Below are positions 9,430 through 19,585 of a stretch of DNA of 64,000 bases, piece after piece (position 1 is the stretch's first letter; each line of letters begins with the position of its first letter). Source of the DNA: Planctomycetota bacterium (GTDB lineage Bacteria; Planctomycetota; Phycisphaerae; FEN-1346); contig JAUVZF010000008.1 of assembly GCA_030602705.1 (NCBI GenBank), forward strand, positions 436 to 64,435, read 5' to 3'. Both the position numbers and the translations under genes were made by a program. The notes below the pieces were generated by a model. It ran no database searches. It was not told the origin of the DNA and was given only the letters and a program-made list of their open reading frames with translations.

Positions 9430-9921
9430 ATGAAGATCGGCGCGATTGCCGACACGCACGATAACCTGGCGGCCATCTCGGCTGCGATGAAGTATTTCGA
9501 GGAGCAAGGCGTCGAGGCCATCCTCCACGCGGGCGACTACTGCGCCCCCTTCGCCCTGAAACGGCTGCTCCAGACGCGCATTCCGTTCGAGGGCGTCTAC
9601 GGCAACTGCGACGGCGAGCGGGAGGGCCTGGCAAAACTGCTGCCGTCGCTGGCAGCCGGCCCCCGGCACCTTGAACTGGGCGGCAAGAAGATCTGCCTGA
9701 CACACGACCGCAGCCGCCTCCAGCACGATGCTCTCGAGGCCTCCGACATCCTCCTGTTCGCCCACACGCACGACCCGTTGGTCGAGCGTCAGGAGGGCCG
9801 GTTGGTCATCAATCCGGGCGAATGCGGCGGCTGGATGACCGGCCGGTGCACCGTAGCCGTCATCGACACCGGCACCCTGGCGGCCGACATCAAAGAAGTC
9901 TACCAGCAGGCAAGGTCCTGA
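9430..9921 (+). CDS. Metallophosphoesterase (YfcE/MJ0936 family)
   Basis: DTHDN, HAGD, GNCD, AHTH, NPGE motifs. Confidence 0.9.
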   Translation: MKIGAIADTHDNLAAISAAMKYFEEQGVEAILHAGDYCAPFALKRLLQTRIPFEGVYGNCDGEREGLAKLLPSLAAGPRHLELGGKKICLTHDRSRLQHDALEASDILLFAHTHDPLVERQEGRLVINPGECGGWMTGRCTVAVIDTGTLAADIKEVYQQARS

Positions 9922-9927
9922 CCGGCG

Positions 9928-10341
9928 ATGAAACGTGCAATCCTTATGACGGGGCTCCTGGCAACCGCGGCGCTGGGCGGCTGTTACGGACAGGTCCAGC
10001 GCACCATCACCATCGACTCCGAACCCAGCGGCGCACTGTGCTGGCTCAACGACAATGAAATCGGCCGCACACCCGTCACGGTACCCTTCACGTGGTACGG
10101 CACGTATGCCGTGCGGCTGGAGCATCCGGGGTACGAGGCGCTGGTGACCGAAGCGAAGGTGCGGGCGCCCGTCAGCCAGTGGATACCGCTCGACCTGGCC
10201 TTCGAGACGGTGGTGCCGGGCGTGCACTACGACACGCACGAGTTCCACTTCGCAATGCAAGAAGCCAAGCCGATCGATCCCGAGGCCCTGCGCCGCCGGG
10301 CCGAGAGCCTGCGCCGCGACGCCACAGTGGGCGGGCCGTAG
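9928..10341 (+). CDS. PEGA-domain lipoprotein
   Basis: LGGC lipobox; ITIDSEPSGA..IGRTP..YAVRLEHPGY. Confidence 0.82.
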   Translation: MKRAILMTGLLATAALGGCYGQVQRTITIDSEPSGALCWLNDNEIGRTPVTVPFTWYGTYAVRLEHPGYEALVTEAKVRAPVSQWIPLDLAFETVVPGVHYDTHEFHFAMQEAKPIDPEALRRRAESLRRDATVGGP

Positions 10342-10350
10342 GGGAACGAC

Positions 10351-10389
10351 AGTTCAAAGTCCAAAGTTCAAAGTCCAAAGTCCAAAGTC
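10351..10389 (+). repeat. Heptamer tandem repeat (AAAGTYC)n
   Basis: agttcaaagtccaaagttcaaagtccaaagtccaaagtc; short inverted copy at ~10834-10846. Confidence 0.8.
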
Positions 10390-10469
10390 ATGCACGCCTT
10401 CGAGCCGGGACCGGAAGGTCCCGGTCGCCTGACACTGCAGGGCGTTCCGAGACCGGCAGGAGTCTGCCT

Positions 10470-10740
10470 TTGCGCACCACCGCGCTTCTTGTAGCGCTCG
10501 CGATGTTCCTGGCCGGATGCGCCGGCCGCCGGCAACGTTCCGCCGCCGCAGCCGCCGGAGGAGTTCACGCTCGACAGCGGCCTGACGGTCATGCTGCGGC
10601 CGATGCAGGGCACCGAGAAGGTCGCCCTGGTGGTCCTGTACGCCGTGGGCGGGCTGCACGATCCGAAGGGGCAAAGCGGCCTGGCACACCTCGTCGAGCA
10701 CTGCTACGTGACGGCTGCGGCCGGCGCGACGCCCCAGCGT
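10470..10740 (+). pseudogene. M16 (pitrilysin) peptidase N-terminal fragment, frameshifted and truncated
   Basis: Lipobox LAGC in one frame; EEFTLDSGLTV..SGLAHLVEH (HxxEH) in another; similarity ends at the family A repeat. Confidence 0.78.
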
Positions 10741-10829
10741 AAAAAAAGGTTCCAGGAACCTTTTTCCGAAAAAGGCCCATACGCGGCCAGAAACGCCGAA
10801 CTGCGAAAAAGGTTCCTGGAACCTTTTTT
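10741..10829. repeat. Family A doublet, inverted relative to 11820 and 12611
   Basis: Two palindromes with the linker CCGAAAAAGGCCCATACGCGGCCAGAAACGCCGAACTGCG. Confidence 0.9.
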
Positions 10830-10855
10830 ACGATTGAACTTTGAACTGTGTGACC

Positions 10856-11821
10856 ATGCCTCGCTTCGGCGCGCATCTCTCGATACAAGGCGGCGTGGAC
10901 AAGGCGGTGGAGCGTGCGCTCGCTATCCGGGCCGAGTGCCTCCAGATCTTCCTGAAATCGCCGGCGCAGTGGCGGTTCGGGCCGCTCTCCGATGAGACGG
11001 TCGGCCGGTTCCGCGCCGCGGCGCGCGAGGCAGACCTCACGCCGCTCGTCGGCCACGCGTCGTACCTCGTGAACCTGGCGAGCCCCGACCGGGCGCTGTA
11101 TGAACGGTCGCGCCGGTGTATCCTCGAAGAATGGGACCGGTCCGAGCGGCTCGGACTCGACGGCCTCGTCCTGCATCCCGGAGCCCACACGGGCAGCGGC
11201 GAGGCGGCCGGCCTCGCGCGCATCGCGCGGGCCCTCGACTGGCTCCATCGTCGGCGGCCGGACCACGCCTGCCGCATCCTGCTCGAAACCACCGCCGGCG
11301 CCGGAACAACCCTGTGCGGGCGGTTCGAGCATCTACAGTATCTCGTCGAAACCTGCGACTCTGAGTGTGCCACGGCCGGGCGGCATGGGCACGCGCCGCG
11401 GCGTGGCCATGTTCCGCCTGCGAGAGACGCGCGCAGCGGACAGGACTGTCCACCGCGCGGCGGCGCGAGAGAACGCCTGGGCATCTGCATCGACACGTGT
11501 CACCTGTGGGCCGCCGGATATGACGTGCGGACGCGCGGGGGCTTGGACGAAACGCTCGGGCGGCTGGATGAGACGGTCGGCCTGGCGCGCGTGGCCGTCG
11601 TCCACGCCAACGACGCAAAGGGCGAACGCGGGTCGCACCTCGACCGTCACGAACACATCGGCCGCGGGCGGATAGGGCGGGAGGGATTCCGGCGACTGGT
11701 CAATCATCCGGCGCTTCGCGACCTGCCGTTCATCCTCGAAACGCCCAAAGAAGGCCCCCGCGGCCGCAAGATGGACCCCGTGAACCTCCGCACCCTCCGT
11801 CGCCTTGCCGCCAACGCGTAA
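10856..11821 (+). CDS. nfo: Endonuclease IV (AP endonuclease family 2) with an in-frame insertion
   Basis: GAHLSI, HASYLVNLAS, LHPG, LLETTAG, CIDTCH, HANDAK, DRHEHIG, ILETP. Confidence 0.93.
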   Translation: MPRFGAHLSIQGGVDKAVERALAIRAECLQIFLKSPAQWRFGPLSDETVGRFRAAAREADLTPLVGHASYLVNLASPDRALYERSRRCILEEWDRSERLGLDGLVLHPGAHTGSGEAAGLARIARALDWLHRRRPDHACRILLETTAGAGTTLCGRFEHLQYLVETCDSECATAGRHGHAPRRGHVPPARDARSGQDCPPRGGARERLGICIDTCHLWAAGYDVRTRGGLDETLGRLDETVGLARVAVVHANDAKGERGSHLDRHEHIGRGRIGREGFRRLVNHPALRDLPFILETPKEGPRGRKMDPVNLRTLRRLAANA

Positions 11822-11907
11822 AAAAGGTTCCAGGAACCTTTTTCGCAGTTCGGCGTTTCTGGCCGCGTATCGGCCTTTTTCAGGAAAAGGTTCCTGGAAC
11901 CTTTTTT
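11820..11907. repeat. Family A doublet, downstream flank of the transposase
   Basis: Near-identical direct repeat of 12611-12696. Confidence 0.92.
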
Positions 11908-12574
11908 ACAATCGCGGTCGGCCACGGGGACGGAGGGTGTTCTCAAGGCCGAGGCGTGCTGCGGCGTGCAAGACCCAGTCAGCCGAACCATAGGGCCGTC
12001 CGCGTCTTGCGCACAACCTGAGGGCCGCCAGTTCGTCCTGGTTCAAAGGCTGATTGACGAAATCCAACCAACCATCAGGCCGCGGCACGGGCCATTCACT
12101 GAGCAGGGCTGTTGCCTCCACCGTGCCGCGTTCGCGACACCAGAGACTACCCCATCGCCAGTGCTCTGCTCTGGTCACCAGGCCGGCTCGCAGGGGGTTA
12201 CGTTCGACGTAGCGACACACCGTCAGGAAATACCGGTCGCTCTGAACCGGGAAAGACTTGAATCTGCCCTGATACAGATGGCCGCAACCGCGCATCCCTT
12301 GAAAGACATGCCAGCGAAGCGAATGCGTTCGCGTAAGCCAAGCGAGGTGCCGCGAAAGGTGCCCGTCCCCCTCGGGATGAAGCACCATGTGCCAGTGGTT
12401 TGGCATCAGGCAATAAGCAAGGACGCGCATCGGAACACGATCCTGGGCTTCCGCTATTACCTTCTCGAAGGCAGCGTAATCTCCGGGCCGTTTGAAAATC
12501 TGCGCACGCCCATTGGCCCGGTTCAGGACATGATACACGACTCCACCGACGGCAATACGCGGGGCTCTTGGCAT
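11906..12574 (-). mobile_element. Y1 HUH transposase (REP-associated tyrosine transposase / IS200-like)
   Basis: YHVLNRAN, AYCLMPNHWH (HUH), QGRFKS, RYVERNPLRAG (catalytic Tyr), WRWGS; lower GC than neighbours. Confidence 0.92.
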
Positions 12575-12610
12575 ATCCAGCTAATAGCGTCAGAAACCCA
12601 CCGCGTCAAG

Positions 12611-12696
12611 AAAAAAGGTTCCAGGAACCTTTTTCGCGATTCGGCGTTTCTGGCCGCGTATCGGCCTTTTTCAGGAAAAGGTTCCTGGAACCTTTT
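12611..12696. repeat. Family A doublet, upstream flank of the transposase
   Basis: Near-identical direct repeat of 11820-11907. Confidence 0.92.
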
Positions 12697-12698
12697 AT

Positions 12699-13586
12699 TT
12701 ACGTCCTGCCCTTGTCGGCGGGAGGGTACTTCGAGCCGGGAACGCCCTTGGCGCGGACGGGCTTGGCGGGAACCGTGAACTCGACCTTGACGGGCTCTTT
12801 AAGGTCCTCGGAGATGACAAGCCCGCCGAGGCGCGGCTCAAACTGCCAGCCCCACGTCTGCCACTCGGCCTTCGAGACGCGGAACCGGTACAGGCACCGC
12901 GTCTTGAACGCCGTCCACGCGTCGTACTTCTTCTCATAGGTCCACTGTTCGATTCGCCAGGTGATCTCGTCGCCCTTGCGGCTGTGGAACGCCTTGTCCA
13001 TCATCAGTTCCACCAGCGCGACCGCCATGTCGGTCGAGCCCGAGATAAGCACGTCGGTGATCTTGTTCTCGTACCGCTTGACCTCGTGGATGATGCGGCG
13101 GATGGCCGCCCGGTCCTTCTCGGTGAACTCGCCCTCCGGCCGCAGCCCCATGTCCGGCGTCCGGTACTGGGGCGGGATCAGGATGTCGTACGGCGAGACC
13201 TTCGGCTCCATGTCGATGCCTTCGAGCCTGCCCCACGGCGTCCGGATGATAAAGTCGTACGTGCCGAACCGCAGGCCCTTGACCTCGAAGGCGCCCGTGC
13301 TCTTATCCACCCGCACGGGGATCTTCAGATCCATCGACCGCTCGATGAGGTGCGCTTCGAGCACCCGCTCCGGCGGCGTGAAGCGTCCGCGGATGGCCCG
13401 GACCTCCGGCGGCTGCTCCTTCTTCCCGGCAGCCGGCGCCGCTTGCTCACCGGCCGCCGATGCCTCCGATTTCGGTTTCGACGGCGCAAACGGGTTCCCC
13501 TGGGCCATGACCGAACCCTGCACCAGCCCGATAACCAAAAGGGCGACACAAGCAGCCACAAGGACGCCAAGCGGCAACCGTCTCAT
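12699..13586 (-). CDS. Hypothetical secreted protein
   Basis: Signal peptide MRRLPLGVLVAACVALL..; GGAGG upstream; coding-like composition. Confidence 0.72.
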   Translation of the reverse strand: MRRLPLGVLVAACVALLVIGLVQGSVMAQGNPFAPSKPKSEASAAGEQAAPAAGKKEQPPEVRAIRGRFTPPERVLEAHLIERSMDLKIPVRVDKSTGAFEVKGLRFGTYDFIIRTPWGRLEGIDMEPKVSPYDILIPPQYRTPDMGLRPEGEFTEKDRAAIRRIIHEVKRYENKITDVLISGSTDMAVALVELMMDKAFHSRKGDEITWRIEQWTYEKKYDAWTAFKTRCLYRFRVSKAEWQTWGWQFEPRLGGLVISEDLKEPVKVEFTVPAKPVRAKGVPGSKYPPADKGRT

Positions 13587-13746
13587 CAAGACAACCTCCA
13601 TTCCCGTCCATCGCCCATTTGACAGTGCCGAGGGACCTCTGGCAAGTCGAAACGCCGCTTGCGGGGGTATCTCCTTGACACCCGACCCATAAACCTTTAT
13701 CGTGATTCCATTGCCCGGCCGCACGCCGACGTCCGGGGAGATGCAA

Positions 13747-14532
13747 ATGGCCAAACGCAAAGCACAACGGGCGTTGTTCGAACTCCTGGCCAAGGAGCGC
13801 GGCCAGGCCAAGGCCAAACTGGATGCCGGCAGGGCAACGCGGCCGGTCGGCGGCGGCAAGATGCAGGCGCCGCCCCAACCGGCGGCCGAGGTGCCTCGAC
13901 GCGAGGAGCCCATGCCGATCACGCGGCGGCCCAAGCCCACCATCGTGACGCGAAAGGCCGCCATCATCGTCGGCGGCGTCAGGCTCACGTGGCCGTACCT
14001 GGCGGTCGCAGGCGTCGTCCTGCTTTGCCTCTGCTACCTGTTCTACGCGTTGGGCGCCCGGTCCCGCGGCGACGGCCTCCCGGTGACCGAGAAGCACCCG
14101 ACGATGAACGAGATTCAGGCCACCGGGCCGGCGCTGGGTCTCGTGGAGCCCGGCGCCAAGCCGCCCAAACTCGGCGCGAAGGTCCCGCCGAAACCCGCCC
14201 CGCCAAAACCGAAGCCCGGCGCCGAGGGCACGCAGCCGCCCACGCCGCCCGCCCCCGCCGGCCCGCAGTACCGGGTCCGCATCGCCCGGCTCAACGTCTC
14301 GAAGCCCGACGCCGTGGACGACCTGAGAGCGTTTCTCGCCAAGAGCGGCATCCAGACCGACCTGGTTACGCGCAGCGGCTTCCACATCCTGTACAGCCGC
14401 CGGCACTTTACGGACAAGACGGCGTCGGACACGCTGGCGCTCCAGATCAACAAGAGTTTAGGGGCGTTCGAGAAGGAGACCCGCCGGCCGACGTCGAAAG
14501 ACGCCTATACAGTTCAGATGAAGAAGGAGTAA
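13747..14532 (+). CDS. Membrane-anchored protein with a Pro-rich linker and a SPOR-like C-terminus
   Basis: One TM (YLAVAGVVLLCLCYLFY), Pro/Lys linker, YRVRIARL..DAYTVQ; SPOR call tentative. Confidence 0.6.
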   Translation: MAKRKAQRALFELLAKERGQAKAKLDAGRATRPVGGGKMQAPPQPAAEVPRREEPMPITRRPKPTIVTRKAAIIVGGVRLTWPYLAVAGVVLLCLCYLFYALGARSRGDGLPVTEKHPTMNEIQATGPALGLVEPGAKPPKLGAKVPPKPAPPKPKPGAEGTQPPTPPAPAGPQYRVRIARLNVSKPDAVDDLRAFLAKSGIQTDLVTRSGFHILYSRRHFTDKTASDTLALQINKSLGAFEKETRRPTSKDAYTVQMKKE

Positions 14533-14536
14533 GCGG

Positions 14537-14845
14537 ATGTCGTTGGACAAGAGTCTGAAATCCGGCGGCGCCTTGACCAGGCATCGCAACGTGCTGTCGC
14601 GGGCCGAGCGCGTCGAGCAGTTGGCCGACGAGGAGAAGTGGCAGGACGGTGACAGCGTGTTCGGCCTTCCGAAAGTGGTCCATCGCAAGGTCCAGGCCCG
14701 GAAGGCGAAACCGGCTGCGGCGACGGCTGAGACCGAGGCGCTCGCCGAAGGCGCCGAAGCGCCCGCCGAAGGCGCCGAGGCTGCCCCTGCGGCCCAAGCC
14801 GCCACCGCCGAAGACACGCCGCAGACCAAACAATCGAAACCATAG
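14537..14845 (+). CDS. Small basic protein, PVC-superphylum signature (TIGR04137-like)
   Basis: MSLDKSLK..RHRNVLSRAER..W..GDSVFGLPKV; AAGGAG RBS. Confidence 0.88.
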   Translation: MSLDKSLKSGGALTRHRNVLSRAERVEQLADEEKWQDGDSVFGLPKVVHRKVQARKAKPAAATAETEALAEGAEAPAEGAEAAPAAQAATAEDTPQTKQSKP

Positions 14846-14880
14846 GCCCGATCCCAAGCGGTCCGACACGAGTTCTGTGC

Positions 14881-14908
14881 GGTCCGTACCCGGTACGGGT
14901 CCGTATGG
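14881..14908. repeat. Repeat family G (CCATACGGRYCCGTA..)
   Basis: Related copies at 17526-17553, 19862-19903 (inside fabF), 34654-34672 and 40617-40647. Confidence 0.65.
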
Positions 14909-15035
14909 ACGGATCGCGCATCAAGGGCATGTCCGCGGCGGGTTCGGACTTCGGACGGGGCGTGTCTTTGACCCATCCCGCCGCTCGTGCGACCCCCGTG
15001 CAGGCTGGCTCAGACGCCGATGAAAGGAGCGAGGC

Positions 15036-16151
<1,116 letters not shown>

Positions 16152-16162
16152 GGCGGAGCAAG

Positions 16163-16272
16163 AAAAGGTTCCAGGAACCTTTTTTGCCTCGCCGGGTGGC
16201 ACGGCAGCCCGAAGGGCGGCCGTGTTGGACACTGGGGCGCACACGGCCGCCCTTCGGGCTGCCGTGCCACCC
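16163..16272. repeat. Single family A palindrome followed by a family F inverted doublet
   Basis: 16163-16185 is family A; 16194-16272 is GGGTGGCACGGCAGCCCGAAGGGCGGCCGTGT plus its inverted copy; related to 60581-60663. Confidence 0.85.
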
Positions 16273-16545
16273 TCGCGTAACTGAGGCGTTACACGGCCCG
16301 TGTTTTTGGCTTGCATGGGACGACAGGCTCTGCTAGATTTCGCTCCCTTCCGGCGGCCGGCGAACCCCGTCTCGTGTGTCTGTCGGCCACGGTACACGTG
16401 TCGGAAGTCCGGCCCCGTAGAGGCCGGCCGCAACGGGGTGGAAAGGCGGCCCCCGCAGCAAGGTGAGGCGCCGGCACAGGGCCGGCGCAAAAAGGTTTTG
16501 CAACCGCCGGACGGCCGGCGATACAATGCCGCACTGCAAAGAACC

Positions 16546-17043
16546 ATGAGATTCTTTCTGGTCGATCGCATCCTGGAATTGGAACCGCCCAAGCGGATCG
16601 TTGGGGTCAAGAACCTCAGCCTGGCGGAGGAGTATCTGGCGGACCACTTTCCGGCATACCCGGTGCTGCCCGGTGTCCTGATGCTCGAGGCGCTGGTGCA
16701 GACGGCCGCCTGGCTGGTCCGCGTGAGCACGGACTTCGCCAAGAGCCTGATCCTGCTGCGCGAGGCCCGCAACGTGCGTTACGGCAGTTTTGTCCGTCCG
16801 GGCGGGCAGCTCCGGATGGATGTCTCGGCGCTGGAGATCGCCGAGACCCGGAGCCGCTTCAAGGCCGTCGGCCGGTGCGAAGGCGAGGTGGCGGTGCAGG
16901 CCAGGCTCGTACTCGAACATCTGAACGTGGCCGACGAAGACGCCGACCTCGCGGAGATCGACACGGCCCTTCGGCCGTTCTGGCGCCAGCGGTTTCAACT
17001 TGTCGGGGGGCCTCAGGCGCTGGAGGCGGCCGGGAACGCATGA
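16546..17043 (+). CDS. 3-hydroxyacyl-ACP dehydratase (FabZ-like) 1
   Basis: MRFFLVDRI, KNLSLAEEYLADHFPAYPVLPGVLMLEA, VRPG. Confidence 0.9.
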   Translation: MRFFLVDRILELEPPKRIVGVKNLSLAEEYLADHFPAYPVLPGVLMLEALVQTAAWLVRVSTDFAKSLILLREARNVRYGSFVRPGGQLRMDVSALEIAETRSRFKAVGRCEGEVAVQARLVLEHLNVADEDADLAEIDTALRPFWRQRFQLVGGPQALEAAGNA

Positions 17044-17080
17044 CTGCCGAGAACCCCTCATTTCAGGGAGGTCAGACGAG

Positions 17081-17479
17081 ATGGCTTTGAGTCGCGACGA
17101 GATCACAGAGAAGGTCCGTGAGGCCATGGTCGATGCCCTGGGCGTTGACGAGGACGAAGTGACGCCGGAAGCCCGGATCGGGGGCGACCTGGGCGCCGAG
17201 AGCATCGACTTCCTCGACATCGTCTTCCGACTCGAGAAGGCGTTCAACATCAAGATCCCCAGGGGCGACCTCTTCCCCGACAACATCCTGACGAGCGACG
17301 AGTACGTCCAGGACGGCAAACTCACCGCCAAGGGGATCGAAGAACTCAAGGCCCGCATGCCGTATGCCGACCTCCAGGAGTTTGAGAAAAACCCGACGGT
17401 CCAGGACATCGTCGACCTGTTCACGGTCGATATGATCGTCGGCTACGTTGAGGCGAAACTGGGCGGCGAGGGCGACTGA
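17081..17479 (+). CDS. Acyl carrier protein, extended type (132 aa)
   Basis: DLGAESIDFLDIVFRLEKAF; long insertion before FTVDMIVGYV. Confidence 0.9.
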   Translation: MALSRDEITEKVREAMVDALGVDEDEVTPEARIGGDLGAESIDFLDIVFRLEKAFNIKIPRGDLFPDNILTSDEYVQDGKLTAKGIEELKARMPYADLQEFEKNPTVQDIVDLFTVDMIVGYVEAKLGGEGD

Positions 17480-17619
17480 CCCTTCAGCCCTATGATCCGC
17501 GGAGCCCCGCTCGTCCGAAAGCCCTGGCCATACGGACCCGTACCGGGGCCGTAAAGACCGACGGGCTGGCTGGATCCGTAACGGGCTTCGCTTTCCCAAA
17601 CACACAAAGCGGTGACGCG

Positions 17620-18123
17620 ATGCGCTGGATCTGGATCGACAAGTTCGTCGCATTCGAGAGCGGCCGGCGCGCCGTTGCCGTCAAGAACGTGACGCTCGCC
17701 GAGGAACACCTCCACGACCACGTGCCGGGGTACCCCGTTCACCCGCCGACGCTCATGATCGAGGGGTTCGCCCAGACGGCCGGCGTCCTGGTGGGCGAGG
17801 TCTTCGACTTCAAGGAGAAAGTCATCCTGGCCAAGGTTACGCGGGCCACGTTCCACCGTCACGTGGTGCCGGGCGATCAAATCCGCTTCGAGGCCAACGT
17901 CCTGGGCGAGGTCCGTCCCGAGGGCGCCTCCATCGAGGGGCGCATCACCTGCGGCGGCGACCTCGTGGCGGAGATCGAACTCATGTTCGCCCACCTCGAC
18001 CAGGCGCGCACGCCGGCGGAAATCGGCGAAGACAACTTCGTCTTCAGCGAAGACTTCATCCGCCTGCTCCGCATGCGCCACCTGGGCGGCCTGACGGAAA
18101 ACGCGGCACCCGACGACGCCTGA
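17620..18123 (+). CDS. 3-hydroxyacyl-ACP dehydratase (FabZ-like) 2
   Basis: MRWIWIDKF, KNVTLAEEHLHDH..LMIEGFAQTAG, VVPGD. Confidence 0.88.
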   Translation: MRWIWIDKFVAFESGRRAVAVKNVTLAEEHLHDHVPGYPVHPPTLMIEGFAQTAGVLVGEVFDFKEKVILAKVTRATFHRHVVPGDQIRFEANVLGEVRPEGASIEGRITCGGDLVAEIELMFAHLDQARTPAEIGEDNFVFSEDFIRLLRMRHLGGLTENAAPDDA

Positions 18124-18138
18124 CGCGCGGAGGAGGCT

Positions 18139-19473
18139 TTGGACCGTCGCATTGTCATCACGGGGATGGGCCTGCTCAGCCCGGCGGGTGACGGCCCCGA
18201 AGCGCTGGCCGAAGCGGTGCGCAATGGCCGCTCGGCCGTCGGCCCCATCACACGGTTCGACCCGGCGGGGTTCCCAAGCCGCATCGCGGGCGAGGTGCCG
18301 GAGTTCGACCCCGTCGAGGGGCTCCGCAAAGACCAGGGCCGCTACGTCAAGAAGAACGCCAAGGTGATGGCCCGCGACATCCAGTTGGCCATCGCCGCCG
18401 CCGCCCGGGCCATCCTCGACACCGGCCTGCCGCTCGGCGACGCGAAGGCCGGGGAGCCGGTCCTTCCGACGATAGACCACGCCCGGTTCGGCATGATCTT
18501 CGGCACGAGTTTCCTCCCGACGGAACTCGACGATCTGGCCGTCCCCGTCCAGGCCGCCCGTGCCGGCGGGGAGTTCTCGCTCGCCGGATGGGGCGAGCAC
18601 GGTATCCCCCAAATGTTCCCCCTGTGGCTGCTGAAGTACCTGCCGAACATGCACGCCTGCCACGCGGGCATCCTCTGGGACGCCCAGGGGCCCAGCAACT
18701 CGCTGACGTGCAGCGACGCGGGCGGTCTGATCGCCCTGGACGAAGCCTGCCGCATCCTCGCCCGCGGCGACGCCGACACCATGCTCGCCTGCGGCGGCGA
18801 ATGCCGCGTCAGCCCCGTCGTCGTCTTGCGGTGCTGCCTGCTGGACCGGGTGACCACGAGCAACGACGAGGCGGCGTCGGCGTGCCGGCCCTTCGACGAG
18901 GCCCGGCAAGGCTGGGTGGTTGCCGAAGGCGCCGCCGCCCTCATGCTCGAACCGCTGGATGCCGCCCAGGCACGCGGCGCGACCGTTTACGGTGAAGTCC
19001 TCGGCACGGGCGTCGGCACGACCACCGCCGGCGTCAACACCTGCGACGAAGACGGCCGCAGCGTGGCCGCCGCCGTCGGCCGTGCACTCCAGGCCGCCGG
19101 CGTGGACCCGTCGGACCTCGGCGCTGTTCTCGCCCACGGGCCCGCCCTCGACGTGCAGGACCGCAGCGAGACGGCCGGCCTGGCCTCGGCTCTCGGCCCG
19201 GCCGCACGCCAGGTCCCGGTCACGGCCACGAAGGGCGTTACCGGCAACATGGGTGCGGCCAGCGGCCTGGCGGACCTGGCGGCCATGTTGGTTCTGGCCG
19301 AAGACGGCCAAGTGCCGCCCATCCTCAACTGCGACCGGCCGGACACCGAAGCGGGCGTCAACCTCGTGACGGGCGGTCCGCAGCCGCTTGCGAGCGACCA
19401 CATCCTCGCGACCACAAACGCCATCGGCGGCCAGACCGCCGCCGCCGTGATTCGAGTAAATCGGCAACGGTGA
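18139..19473 (+). CDS. Ketosynthase-like protein lacking the catalytic Cys (chain-length-factor-like)
   Basis: IVITGMG, RPFD, VAEGAAAL, AHG; GPSNSLTCSDAGG puts Asp at the Cys position of the neighbouring KS. Confidence 0.85.
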   Translation: MDRRIVITGMGLLSPAGDGPEALAEAVRNGRSAVGPITRFDPAGFPSRIAGEVPEFDPVEGLRKDQGRYVKKNAKVMARDIQLAIAAAARAILDTGLPLGDAKAGEPVLPTIDHARFGMIFGTSFLPTELDDLAVPVQAARAGGEFSLAGWGEHGIPQMFPLWLLKYLPNMHACHAGILWDAQGPSNSLTCSDAGGLIALDEACRILARGDADTMLACGGECRVSPVVVLRCCLLDRVTTSNDEAASACRPFDEARQGWVVAEGAAALMLEPLDAAQARGATVYGEVLGTGVGTTTAGVNTCDEDGRSVAAAVGRALQAAGVDPSDLGAVLAHGPALDVQDRSETAGLASALGPAARQVPVTATKGVTGNMGAASGLADLAAMLVLAEDGQVPPILNCDRPDTEAGVNLVTGGPQPLASDHILATTNAIGGQTAAAVIRVNRQR

Positions 19474-19501
19474 CGCGGCGCGAGGGGTAAAATGTCGTAT
19501 C

Positions 19502-19525
19502 GAGCCCGCTGCGGAAGCAGCGGGG
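19502..19525. repeat. Palindromic repeat family H (GAGCCCGCTGCGGAAGCAGCGGG)
   Basis: Same core at 34078-34100. Confidence 0.75.
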
Positions 19526-19585
19526 CATCACCGAATAACAGCGCGACCTCAACACCGCGCACGAGCGCAAAGCGATGAAACGGCC

